Shown piece after piece: positions 48,777 to 60,314 of a stretch of DNA of 64,000 bases. Each line of letters opens with the position of its first letter. Positions within the stretch are counted from its first letter, which is position 1. Below the pieces are notes generated by a model. That model did not search any database, was not told the origin of the DNA, and saw only the letters and a program-made list of their open reading frames with translations. This DNA comes from Marsupella aquatica (lineage: Eukaryota > Plantae > Marchantiophyta). The translations under genes and the position numbers were made by a program. The stretch lies in contig OZ316892.1 in the NCBI GenBank assembly GCA_973895155.1, positions 27,241,233 to 27,305,232 of the forward strand, given 5' to 3'.

Positions 48777-50522
48777 ATGGCCAAGGTGCAGCAGGATGCA
48801 CCTGCATTAACAGGAGAAGGGATGATGTCGAAACGAGTGTGCATTGCCATCTGCTTTGCGGTGGTCCTCATCTCAACAACACCCGTATACGTTGAGGGGC
48901 TTCCAATCTTAGGCCCCGACTTGAACAGTTGTAAGCCAGTGTATCCTAACTTCGGGCCCGCTTCTCTGGAACCGGTCGACTGCTGCTTCGTTGAAACAAA
49001 CGGACCCATCAAGGACTTCAAATTTGATTTGGACATGCCATTGAGAGTTCGTAGACCTGCTCACAAGTTAGACGACGAGTTTATCCGCAAGTATGAGCGA
49101 GCGGTAGAGATCATGAAAGCTCTCCCGCCAGAAGATCCTCGGTCCTATAAAGCGCAGTCAAATATCCATTGTACCTATTGTGCCGGAGCGTATAACAGAT
49201 TCAATTCTTCCACGGGACTGAATGTGCACATGAGTTGGTTTGTTTTACCATTCCATCGGTGGTATCTGTACTTCCACGAGAAGATTCTGGCAAGCCTCAT
49301 AGGTGATCCAACCTTCGCCGTTCCCTACTGGGCATGGGATGTGCAGAATGAATATAATCCACCAGCCAACACAATGCCACCGATCTACGTCAACAAAAGT
49401 TCTTGCTTTTACGATGAGAAACGATCTAGATTCCACCAGCCTCCTATGAGGGTGGACTTTCAAACTCCGTCTCCTGTAGGTAATAGGGATCCTGATGTTG
49501 TGTTGCAAGATAACTATTATAACTTGTGGCGGTCAATGATAGGCCAAGTCCAGACTTCAGAGGCTTTCTACGGTGGGAAAATTTCTCTAGAGGATGGATA
49601 TCTCATGCGTCCGGGCGTGGTGGAAATGGGTCCGCATGCTGCTGTCCATGATTGGACTGGTAACGCAGAGGACCCGAATGGAGAAGATATGTTTCCCGCA
49701 TACTCAGCAGCACGGGATCCTATTTTTTTCGCACACCATTCCCAAATAGACAGATTATGGTGGATGTGGAAGAGCTGGGGGGGTAAGGACTTCAATGACC
49801 TTGACTGGCTTGATACCGAGTTCCTCTTCTATGACGAGAACGCGGACCTCGTACGTGTTACGGTTAGAGACACTTTGAATTGGGACAACTTCAGGGTCAG
49901 TTACGAGCAAGAGGATCCCGACTGGCTGAACTACACACCGAAATCCATCCGGCATATATATCCTAAGTTTGCCCGAGCCAGCATTCTTAGACGATTTTGG
50001 ACTGAAGTGGTGACAGGAGGTACCTATAGAAATATTGTAATGGCACTCGGAAGCTTTTTTCAGAGGGAATCAAATGGGATAGCAGCTGTCCTGGGAGGAG
50101 GAAGGAGATCTAAGGTGACCTCACGTGTGTCTAGGACCGAGGTGCTCACGGGCTTAGAGGATCCGTCGGTGTATGACGAGGTGTTGGTGATCAGCGGAGA
50201 AGTGCGGAAGCCGCTCAACGTCAGCATGACAATCAACATGTTCCTAGAGCTTCCGGAAGCAGACGAGAACACTCCTCAGCATTGTGTGGAGTTTCTTGGC
50301 GGCGTGTTCGTCGACAGCGAAGGGGTTCGTGATGGAATGGACCCGACTGTTCCCCGGACATTCATTAAAACTATTGGCATCAAACAGACGATCCAGATTT
50401 TGGGTATCACTCGCCAGAAGTCGTTCGATCTCACGTTCGTTCCCGCATGGGATCCAAAGCAGGACGCTCACGTTTCAGTGAGAGTCACTGGCCTGAAGGA
50501 CGAAATGAGGCAGGCGAGATGA
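48777..50522 (+). CDS. PPO: Polyphenol oxidase (type-3 copper catechol oxidase/tyrosinase), intronless, with a hydrophobic signal/anchor instead of a plastid transit peptide; alternative start at 48822
   Basis: CuA HCTYC..HMSW..FHRWYLYFHE; CuB HAAVH..DPIFFAHHSQIDRLW; DWL domain (DWLDTEFLFYDEN); C-terminal shielding domain (EVLVI..EFLGG); N-terminal VCIAICFAVVLI. Confidence 0.95.
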   Translation: MAKVQQDAPALTGEGMMSKRVCIAICFAVVLISTTPVYVEGLPILGPDLNSCKPVYPNFGPASLEPVDCCFVETNGPIKDFKFDLDMPLRVRRPAHKLDDEFIRKYERAVEIMKALPPEDPRSYKAQSNIHCTYCAGAYNRFNSSTGLNVHMSWFVLPFHRWYLYFHEKILASLIGDPTFAVPYWAWDVQNEYNPPANTMPPIYVNKSSCFYDEKRSRFHQPPMRVDFQTPSPVGNRDPDVVLQDNYYNLWRSMIGQVQTSEAFYGGKISLEDGYLMRPGVVEMGPHAAVHDWTGNAEDPNGEDMFPAYSAARDPIFFAHHSQIDRLWWMWKSWGGKDFNDLDWLDTEFLFYDENADLVRVTVRDTLNWDNFRVSYEQEDPDWLNYTPKSIRHIYPKFARASILRRFWTEVVTGGTYRNIVMALGSFFQRESNGIAAVLGGGRRSKVTSRVSRTEVLTGLEDPSVYDEVLVISGEVRKPLNVSMTINMFLELPEADENTPQHCVEFLGGVFVDSEGVRDGMDPTVPRTFIKTIGIKQTIQILGITRQKSFDLTFVPAWDPKQDAHVSVRVTGLKDEMRQAR

Positions 50523-51877
50523 TCATCGTAATTCGTGAACCTCGAAAGGATTGCACGCTTGATCATTTCCACACCGACGTGTCCCGTTTTCATCGTCTCG
50601 ACGTGCTATTCTTGACGTAGAGTTGCATGCTGTACGACCGGTAGAATCCAGAAATCAGTCGCATTGTTGTGAATGGCGAGATTGTACTGGAAGATGCGCT
50701 GAGCAAGACAGTTGTCTCAGGTCTTTCTTCACGACATAGCTGCTCCAGCTACTGAACTGAATTGGAACGAGTGGTGTGGGTCTCAGCCAGCATTCGCAAT
50801 GTGCGAGTCGGCTGTCTACTCACATCTGCGTAACAGGAAGTGTCTGTCATTAATTTAATAATGAAGACGGTGCTTTACACGGAGATACCGGTAGTCCTAG
50901 CCCGGTTCGCGGGGGAACGGTAAACCTCAAAATACGTTTTCATTTAGGAAATAACGCGTGAGCATATTATACTTTATTTATTCATTCTAAGTTTAAAACA
51001 TTGTATACTGAAACGTTAAAACCTTAAGACCAGGATACTTAACACATTGTTACAATTATGACATGACTACGTTTCTAGGTTTGTCATAGAGTGTTCCTAA
51101 ATTTGACGTGACTGCATTCTTTCTGGTATGCATATGGACCTAAATTTGTTTTGATAATCGGGCCTTATTTTTTAATAATTTAACATTTTGTGCTCATCAA
51201 CTAAGATGAGAGCACTGAATTATGGGCTATGCTTTTGTCAATCCATGCCAATCTGCACTTATTCGTGTTTTTCTATCGTTTTCCCCCTTTTGAGGATCTC
51301 TTGCCTTTGATGTTTTGGAATGGATCTTTGTTCTTGGTAGTATTTACATATGTGCATATAACTTTTGAGCTTTCGAAAGGTGTATATATTGAAAAAGGAC
51401 ACTGACATGAATTTTTCTGGAAACCCAATTCACCTCAGAAAACGATAGTAGCTAATCTATATCCCATGCAAACTCAGCAAAAGAAATTTATTGGTCCCCC
51501 TATGATTCTACAAGTGACAACTATTTTATAGATCCCATGCAAACTCAGCAAACTAATTTTTTTAGCACATAGGCTTTGAGAGTCTTACTGTAGGTAGTGT
51601 GACCGTGAAGTCGGGCATGTCAAAACACGGCTTCAACTGAGGACATGAAGTGTTTTTATGGCCAAGACAAATATGCTGCAAGGTACCTAAACTGAGTTAC
51701 TGCCCAGGACATAAATGTTTTTACAACCAATACAAAACATGTTAGAAGCTACCAAAATATGTGCCCCATATGGATACGGATCATATATCCAAAACCCCAC
51801 ATTATAAGATCTTGCCTACAGTAGTGCTCTGACACACTCTCCTGTATAACATCAAATCAGATCTCTCACAATCCTAT

Positions 51878-52316
51878 TAGAGTGCATGTGATCACTCATA
51901 AATGTACTGATGACCCTGTAAAGGTTGACCTAAGTCACTTTGCTACCATTTTTTGCCGTATTTGAAGTGACGGGCAACTTGCCAAGTTACCGGGCACGTA
52001 AACTCGGCATTTCCCGGGTGAACATCGGTCCAAATGCCGGATATTCCTTGTTATTCCCCGGGCAAGGATAAACCGGGCCGGGCAGGAATAGGCCGGGACA
52101 GGCCGGGATAGGTCGGGACAGGCCAGGGGAGAGGCCGGGAGAGGCCAGGAGAGGCTGGGACAAGCCGAGGTTGGGGCCAGGACAGGCCGGGGTCGGGCCG
52201 GGACAAGGTCGAGGCGGGGTGTGAGCCAGCCGGGGCCCGGAGGTCATGGCCGGGCAGGGCCGGGAAGTCTAGATCGGCCTGGCCGGGACGGTCCAGGTGA
52301 CGAGTTGCGGACTCTA
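51878..52316. mobile_element. Possible hAT-type MITE with GC-rich GGCCGGGA subterminal repeats
   Basis: Many ggccggga/gggccggg motifs at 52070-52290; short termini TAGAGT...ACTCTA; the flanking 8-mers AATCCTAT and AAGCCTCT match at 6 of 8 positions. Confidence 0.4.
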
Positions 52317-54026
52317 AAGCCTCTATTTGTCAGGCAAACACAGTAAAATTTAACACAATGTATACTACTTCACTAAACCAATCAGATGGTGTTGCTCAGG
52401 AAGAACACATCTAAAGTTTGATGTCAGTCACTAGTGTGGTTGTTACCAAGATTTGTTTAACACGTGTAAAACTTGTGAGAATGACACTGCTAGAAAGTTT
52501 GACTGAATATATTTCCTGACAATGTTATATGGACAAGACACCTGACCAGACAAAAGTTGCTTTTATAAAATTGATAATTATATCACCGTCCAAAAGACTC
52601 ATAATTTATTTACACTAAATGGAAAAAACAACGGGTGGGTCCTCCTGGTTGCTGTCCCCTCACGTGCATGGTGACAAGGAAGGATCCTCGTGGATCCTCA
52701 CAAATGGGCGCCTGGACCTCCCAATTTAACGAATGTGCTCTATTTGCACTAGCCCTCCCCTTAGTCAGCTAGTTTCCTTTTTCGTCTTTGCCTCAGGTCT
52801 TGCTTCCCTCCTTCTCTGGCGAGGGAATACAGTCTGTAAGATAACCAGTGTAAAAATAAGCAGGACCTCTTAATTTTATGGTTTTCAATCATTATTGGAC
52901 AACTAAATTTTGATTTTAGAGCTATATGGTGAATCCACCTTTCAGATGTTGTCTTATTCAAAAAAATTGTGTCATGTATTTTTATTTCAATGTGCCTTAT
53001 CAAGGGGTATCCTTTCTATCATATAGATTTTTAAATGATTTTTGGATTCCTTTAATTTTTGGTATCTTAGAGAATTTTGAACTCATTTTGGCAGCCTGTT
53101 TAATTTTTAAACTTTGTAATCTCTTAGATTAACCAACAACTTTAATTTCTATCACTTGTACAAAGTTTTTAACTCTTCTCATGACAGAGAGAAAAAGTGA
53201 AATGTGAACACATGGTGTCCTAAGTTCCCCTAAAGGCTTTCTTTCCTAAGTTTATGGTTTTATTGAATTGAGTGTCATTAATAAGGGATGTTGAATTAAT
53301 AAGTGCACTCATAGTAGCACCTTTGTATCATAGCACTTGACTGTACTTTTCATTGGTCATTCACCATGTGATTTTCTTTGCATATGCTCTATTTATATTA
53401 TTTTATTCCTTGGGGAATCATTCATCGGATTCTTAGAACCACGTGTGATCAAGCAAATGAAGGGTATTTAAAACTCTGCCCAATTAATAATTATAATCAC
53501 AAATTTGTAATGAAGGTGATTTTTTAAATTCTTATCTCATTTTATAATTACACTAAGGGTTTTTTATTTGGTCCAAAATAGTATTTTTATTTCTATGCAA
53601 GGGTATTACCCTATAGTGTATGCCACGTGTCACTAGCGTATTGGTCCATGTGTCACTTGCTTAGCGTAACTAGGTCATGTATTAGTAGTTTAATTTTTTA
53701 CAATGGGATTGGCGGTTAAGCAAGAACTATACATGTGCACTGATCATGTCTTAGTATTGTATATGCAATACTTTATAAGGACACAAGTGATTTTACAGTG
53801 AGTTTCCAAAATACTTATAAATGACTCAAGGGTGTTTTTAATATATTGAAAATTATTTATTATATTTTTCAAGGGTCTTTTAAATTTGTCAAATTAGAAG
53901 GGGCATGTAACATGTAAGTGTTCATAGGGGTATTAGGAGTTTTAGCTTTATTAGGGTATCCTAGTTCTACTTTGGTATTTAGTGAATACCACCCTAATAA
54001 AGCCCCATGGATTTATCCCAGCTCAC

Positions 54027-54148
54027 ACTTAATATGTATTCTAGTTCTACTTTGGTATTTTATCCACTTACATATCACTGCAAGACAACTTAATATGTAT
54101 TTTAGTTCTACTTTGGTATTTTATCCACTTACATATCACTACAAGACA
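54027..54148. repeat. 61-bp tandem duplication
   Basis: acttaatatgtatt(c/t)tagttctactttggtattttatccacttacatatcact(g/a)caagaca x2; partial copy at 53961. Confidence 0.85.
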
Positions 54149-54284
54149 AAATATCAAACATGTTCCATGACGAGCAAGCTATATGTACAATTTATTTCTA
54201 CAAATAAAGAGAATTTGAAGTCCCCATAGACCATATGGTTGGTCTTTCAAACCCCCAAAGACCATAATTTGACATTCACCAATT

Positions 54285-54700
54285 GAAATTATCACACCAT
54301 TATGAGTGTTATTAGAGTATATTGTGTCATATGAGTTTATGGTTTCCATATGTGTGCTATATGAGCCGATATTGTTCAATTGATTTTTGGAGGGATACTT
54401 ATCCCTTGTGGTGCCTCACAGCCCTCATCTTTCAATGTTGAGCTTTGAGCACAAGCTTTGGTTGCTATGGTGTGGCTAGCCAGATTAGTGTATATAAACA
54501 TGGATTCCTTGAGTGCAAGGTGCGTGTGGCTCGACATATGTGTGTGATCGGATCGAGCATGATCAAGTGTGGGTTTTGGATATGGGTGGACATGAATTCC
54601 ACTTGTAGCTCATTTGTTTGTGTGTGTTTGTATCTATGTTTGAATGTGTGTGACAAGCAATGTATGTTGTGTGGTGATGTGTATACACTCCCATACACTC
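54285..54700 (-). repeat. Inverted, diverged copy of the 13767-14220 dispersed repeat
   Basis: Minus strand shares atgagctacaagtggaattcatgtccac, ggaatccatg, gctcaacat and aatggtgtgata with the first copy, in the same order. Confidence 0.7.
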
Positions 54701-55527
54701 TACAACATTGGTAAAAGGTAAATATGTCGGCATAAAGATAGGCCCGTAGTTGTAACAAAATAACAAACTAGTAGTAGATAGTGATAATTAATTGGAAGTG
54801 CTCAAATGTAATCTATGACATCATTGTTACCGGTACTAACGTTCACACTCTTCTGAATAGTAGAATGATGGTGATCACCTATTGGAAGCCATCATGTACT
54901 ATCCTCACTCTTGATCAAACCATATCGGAAGTATGCAATGCACCTAGTTCTGGTTGTATAGATCGAGGATGATACCGCAAAAATCTTGTTTCTGAAAAAA
55001 GGTAAAAAGAAAAGAAAAAATCATTTTTAATTATTTTGTCATTAAAGATATTCTAATTCACAATATTGTCACTATTTTTTTTATATTTATAAAAATGTCA
55101 CAGTTTCATATAAGGATGACAAGTTTAGTAATCAGGAAACCATATACCAAAATAGTGGTATTTTTGTAAATACAAAAAAATAATGACAAAATTATAAATT
55201 CAAACAGGAAACTATATACAGAAATAGTGGTATTTTGTAAATACAAAAAAAAAAAAAATTATTATAAATTCAAACATCTTTACTCACAATGTGAAAGAAG
55301 AAAAGCACACCATGGAATCAAATTGTGTTGACATGCACACGAGAGATACCTAAATGCAGGATGTCGGTACTTAACCATAGCCTCAGCGATGCATCTCAAA
55401 GCTTGTAAAAGTTGATTATGCTCCGCAAGCTTTAAACTGGAGCAACAATATGTCACCTCCATACAGAAGAAGCATGTGACGCACTAATACGAACTCTGCC
55501 AGACTTTGCAGATGTACGCACAACGAC

Positions 55528-55690
55528 GAATCTCTGCCAAACTGTGCAGATGTAGGCCATGTCATTCCATTCAAAGTTGAAAGAGAATATGTTGTATGCA
55601 CAAACAAACTTTTGAGAATCTCTGCCGAACTGTGCAGATGTAGGCCATGTCATTGCATTCAAAGTTGAAAGAGAATATGTTATATGCACC
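55528..55690. repeat. ~88-bp tandem duplication
   Basis: gaatctctgcc(a/g)aactgtgcagatgtaggccatgtcatt...gagaatatgtt(g/a)tatgcac x2. Confidence 0.85.
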
Positions 55691-55849
55691 AACACACTTT
55701 CGAGTCGCAGAATGGAGTCCATGTGAATTGACTGAAGAAATGAACCAGTGAAAAAGAGAATGGAGAAAGGAAAGGAATGGAATGGAAAGGAGAAATTAAC
55801 CTACAATTGGCAGTTGCTTTGTTGTGTAGCCCTACGCAAATCAAAGAAT

Positions 55850-56370
55850 TGAATATTTCCGAAACAGCAGATCCAAAGTCTTCAATATTTTGGTACTGAT
55901 CTCCCGTACTTGGACATGCTCCATGAATGAATGGGATTTCTAACAGGCTTTTCAATTTCTTTGTTCTGTTAGTGGCTCTATCCTGGACACCTCCTCTGTC
56001 ATCAACTCTTGCCCCACGAAGATTATGCGATCACCATCACTTTGCAGGGTTGCTTGTTAACACAGCTGCAAGAGGACTTCGCATCACTTAGGGATTCCAG
56101 CTAAATCTTGTGCATAATCACGTTCTTAGCAGTACGACGATACCAATGATATAGGAGCATGATCAAACTGCCATTACAAACAACGAACGTTAAATCATTT
56201 GATGTGCCTATGGACTGCAATACTTTCAGAATGTGTTCGGTGTCGAAAACGGCTACAATTCCACCACCAGCTACTGTATTGTACTTGAATCTTTCATAGT
56301 TTTGATTACATACTGAAGATGTGTGCCTAACATGGTAACCAGCGTTTACAAATTTGCGGTTGTTCAATCT
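55850..56370 (-). pseudogene. Probable decayed F-box-associated C-terminal domain
   Basis: IVAVFDTE..LTFVVCNGSLIML and downstream LQSDGDRIIFVG resemble LVVYDGSLLIV / PVCDGSSIYFG in the local F-box proteins; interrupted by stops and frameshifts. Confidence 0.45.
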
Positions 56371-57014
56371 GTGGGTTCCTTCCCGATTCCTCCTAGCTTT
56401 TCCTCATTTTGTCCTCGAGGTATTGTAAGTACAGACCGAGAAGGCCGCATCTCCCTCTCCGAGCATGCTAATGCTTACCCTAAACGGTTCATAGCTCCAA
56501 GAGAAAATACCACTTGATACATGATCACAAAATTTGTGCGTAAGACAAACATTGTGACGGCGACAAACACAACATGTGACTCACATCAATGCAAGATTCA
56601 ACATCACGCCTTACATCAACCTGAAACTTTTGACAGTATAAGATTTACAAGATAACAAAATTGAGAAAGTCCCGTCATCAATCCAGTAGTTTAAGCGTTA
56701 ATATCTGACCGCTTCAAAAAGCCACAAGTCAGCATTCAGTATCTAGACGGTTGAGACGGTACATGTTGTTACTATACATTGTATGAAGCAATCTACCGGT
56801 TTGTCCAAAATTTTGTTCATTTCTCATCTACAAAATTGTTACTTACTGGGCATAATCATGAACAGAATGTATGCTTCAAAAGTCGTTGAATCTGAAACCC
56901 AACTGTGTTCGTGAAACACCTGTCTACAAACTGAATGTGTAGGTGGTGTCGTGAGACTCCGTCTGTCTGACATACCCTATGACAAAGAATGAACTGTACC
57001 AGTAGGTAATTTTA

Positions 57015-58665
57015 TCAGACCTTCTTATGAAACACAGAGAGAATGTCGGAGAAAGCCACAAGGCCCATCAGCGAGCCCTGATCATCGGTTATCCACACAC
57101 GGTGAATATGATTCTGCAAAGCAAGGGCCATCACTTCTCCCAATGGTGTGGACAATCGGCATGTCACTGGTGGTTTTACTTGCCACACATTGGTTTCTGG
57201 ATTCATAGCTGCCCCGGCTCCGAAGTGCTTTGAAACCCATACCTTTTGGGCCCACTCGAGCACAGAAATAGAGGACCATGAACTCAGGGCGTCACTGTTG
57301 CTGACGCAGCCACGCAGATCACTCGCTGAAATTGTCCCAACTAGTTTCCTGCCTTCTCCCTGCGCTCCCTCAATCACAGAAACGAAGTAAATAACACGAC
57401 TCAAACAGATAATTAAAGTTCCAAAGATCCCATTGAAGGCAATTTAGACTCCCCATCTGAGAGTCTTTACCAACCTAAAAGAACAGAAAGATATTATTAT
57501 TCATGATAATTCGGAGAATAACAAGTGACACAGAGCTCATGACACAATTAGAGAGATCTATCGTGACAAGCAAATTATCCTAGAGAGCAACACTTGAAAG
57601 AGACCATGACCAAAGTTAGTCAAGTTTAGCCTAAAACATCCTCACAAACACGAGAGATTGCTTGTGAGGAACATTAACAGTTTTCTATTTAGTAGATGTG
57701 ATCAGGGATGCTTGAGAGACGACAAAATAAGAAAGTCCATTGGTTCAGATACAGCTTTGATTTCTTTCATTGAAAAGTACGTTCATTCAAAATAACACAG
57801 ATTTCAATAACATGACACAAAGTATCAATACGAAGGCAAGCTCACATTGATTAAGGTGGATTCCGTGTCCAATGTCGGATCGGCTTGCACGATGGGTACA
57901 GCAGGGAGCAAGGTGCTAGCCATGCACTTGAATGCATGCATTACAGGCATCGTGTGAGGTACAGCATATACGCTTCGCTTCACTGCTCCAATATCAGCAA
58001 TGCTTATAGTCAGAAACTTATCTAGGAGCTTGGCATGGTCCAGTATGAATTGCAGAATGTCCGTTTGTGTCAAGATGTGGTAGCCAGATGAGGCCTCCAT
58101 TGACTCTACACCCAGGACATCTTTCTCGCTCTCAAATGGAACCAGTACACGATGAACGCCTTTGCTCATAGGCTCGATGGCATCATAAACCCTGTACGAG
58201 ACAAAAAGTAGCTATGTCAATTTCATCATAAAACAGACATTGGAACGATTGAAAGCAATCCGAGGGATGGATCACTCACGAAGTGCTGGGGCCAATGGTC
58301 CACAGATTCAGGCTTTCGATGGAGTGACCGATGACCTTCGAGACGGGGGCGCTCATCTGAGCATTGTCGTCCACAATATGCACGAGAATGTCCATCACGC
58401 TAACCATCCCAATGTAGTGCTTTCTCACAGCCCCAGTACACTTATCCGCCTCCACAATTCTCGTGCCACCGGCGCCGATCCACTGCCCCGGCGGAGCAGC
58501 CACGACCACGGCAAGAATGTCATGCGCATACATCGTGTTCAAGGTGTCTCGCACGCTTGCATTGAACGGAACTTCGATCAGCCGCCTGAGGTTTTTCACG
58601 ATTTGAAGTACAGAGCTGTTCTTGAGGAGCTCCAGCACCTCCTTTATACTGCCCTCCACCGGCAT
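57015..58665 (-). CDS. PV42: CBS-domain SNF1-related kinase regulatory subunit gamma-like protein (PV42 type); exons 58665-58280, 58191-57846, 57359-57015
   Basis: Signature AAPPGQWIGAGG...TGAVRKHYIGMVSVMDIL, MSKGVHRVLVP, GRKLVGTISASDLRG and HIHRVWITD..GLVAFSDIL; GT-AG junctions keep the frame. Confidence 0.9.
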
Positions 58666-59602
58666 GATGGGGACCCCGTTTCCTCACCAGAGGTAATCTC
58701 CAAGATAGGAATTTGCTCCTCTACTCCGACTGACTCTTCCTCCTTGGCTCTACAATTCCGTCTCAGTAAAACTTAGTTCGTGAAATGAAAAAATGTCCGG
58801 GATGTGGTTTTCAATAAAGACTTCAAATGTTTGAAAACATTCAATGTGAAGGGAGTGTTCCCTCCTGGATTAGTTTGGTTGAATGCCAAAACTACTGTTC
58901 TGCGCGTCTAGAAGTGAACAGCCACACAATCGGTTCCTGCAAAGGAGGAGTGCAGCTTCCCTTCTCCTGTGACCTTTCCGTCTCCGCTTATAATATTGTG
59001 CTGAAACTAGAAACCCCTCTTCTTGTAACTTTGAGAATTGTCTTTCATAGCTTCCCACCCAAAGTCCCTTCTCCAATGCCAGGGCCAGCAATCAGTTCAC
59101 AATCGAGCAGTGCTTCGACTGTCTCTCCTTGGGGAGAGTTAATGGGAACGAATACACTGTATACCTCACTCTTGGCCTAAATGCAGAGATGGTGCAGGGC
59201 TCTCAAGCAGCGGGAGCGGCGGAAGGCAGGCGACAAGTTGGGCGGTCCATCTCAATCCGGTCAGCCCCCAACACACATGAAGGTTTTGGCTTACGGTTAT
59301 GCACAGATACTTCGTCCATCTTAGCCCCCGAACTTCACCGAATGACCGAACGTGATCTTGTCAATCAGACAGATATCTGAACGCGACCTCGGTGATGACG
59401 TTGTTGGGAAACGGGCTCCTCGCGTAAACCAGGAGCAGAGATATCCCAAAGTGGTCGACCGTGCATTACCAGGCAAATCTCTTTCCTCAAATTGATAACA
59501 AGATTCTGACGCCTACGGATCAAATGTCCGCAACGCAGAGCTAAATCCGCAGATCAATATGTCGACGGGTACGTCCGCAAACCCTGTGGAACAAGGGCCG
59601 AG

Positions 59603-60314
59603 GAAAGCTTATCGAAGTGGCCAGCAGGCAAGAACAGTTATCTAGAGAACTTGACAGACACAACCTGGAAGCCCCTTCTTAATTCCACAAGCTGCAAAAC
59701 TCCGGTGCCACAAGAAATGCGCAGAAGGAATTCTAACGACACGCAAGGAAGATACAAGGACGGTGCGCAGAAGAGGAGAATGGGTCAAGCAGTAAACAAA
59801 CATCCAGGAACTAAAATCTTTTAACCTGCGCACATTCAATGGCACAAACTCCCACACTCCAAACAACAGCGACACTTTCTCTCTTCGATCAGAGTCACGA
59901 CTTACCCCTTTCACTCATACTCAATAATCCGCACCAACTAACAAAACAGGGGAAAACATAAGAAAGCTTATCGAAGTGGCCATCAGGCAAGAACAGGCTT
60001 CTAGAGAACTTGACAGGCATAACCTGGAAGCCCCCTTCTCAATTCAACAAGCTGCAAAACTTCGGTGCCACAAGAAATGCGCAGAAGACACGCAAGGAAG
60101 ATACAAGCACGGTGCGCAGAAGAGGAGAATGGGTCAAGCAGTAAACAAACATCCAGGAACTAAAATCTTTTAACCTGCGCACATTCAATGGCACAAACTC
60201 TCACACTCCAAACAACAGAGACACTTTCTCTCCTCGATCATAGTCACGACTTACCCCTTTAACTCACACTCAATAATGCGCACCAACTAGCAAAACAGGG
60301 GAAAAAATAAGAAA
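59603..60314. repeat. ~359-bp tandem duplication upstream of the PV42-like CDS
   Basis: gaaagcttatcgaagtggcca...aaaacaggggaaaa at 59603 and 59962, with high identity and a small deletion in the second copy. Confidence 0.9.

Noticed and set aside
14910-50522. PKS plus PPO biosynthetic gene cluster
   Set aside because: The genes are ~31 kb apart with unrelated F-box genes and repeats between them, and there are no other tailoring enzymes; co-expression data would be needed.
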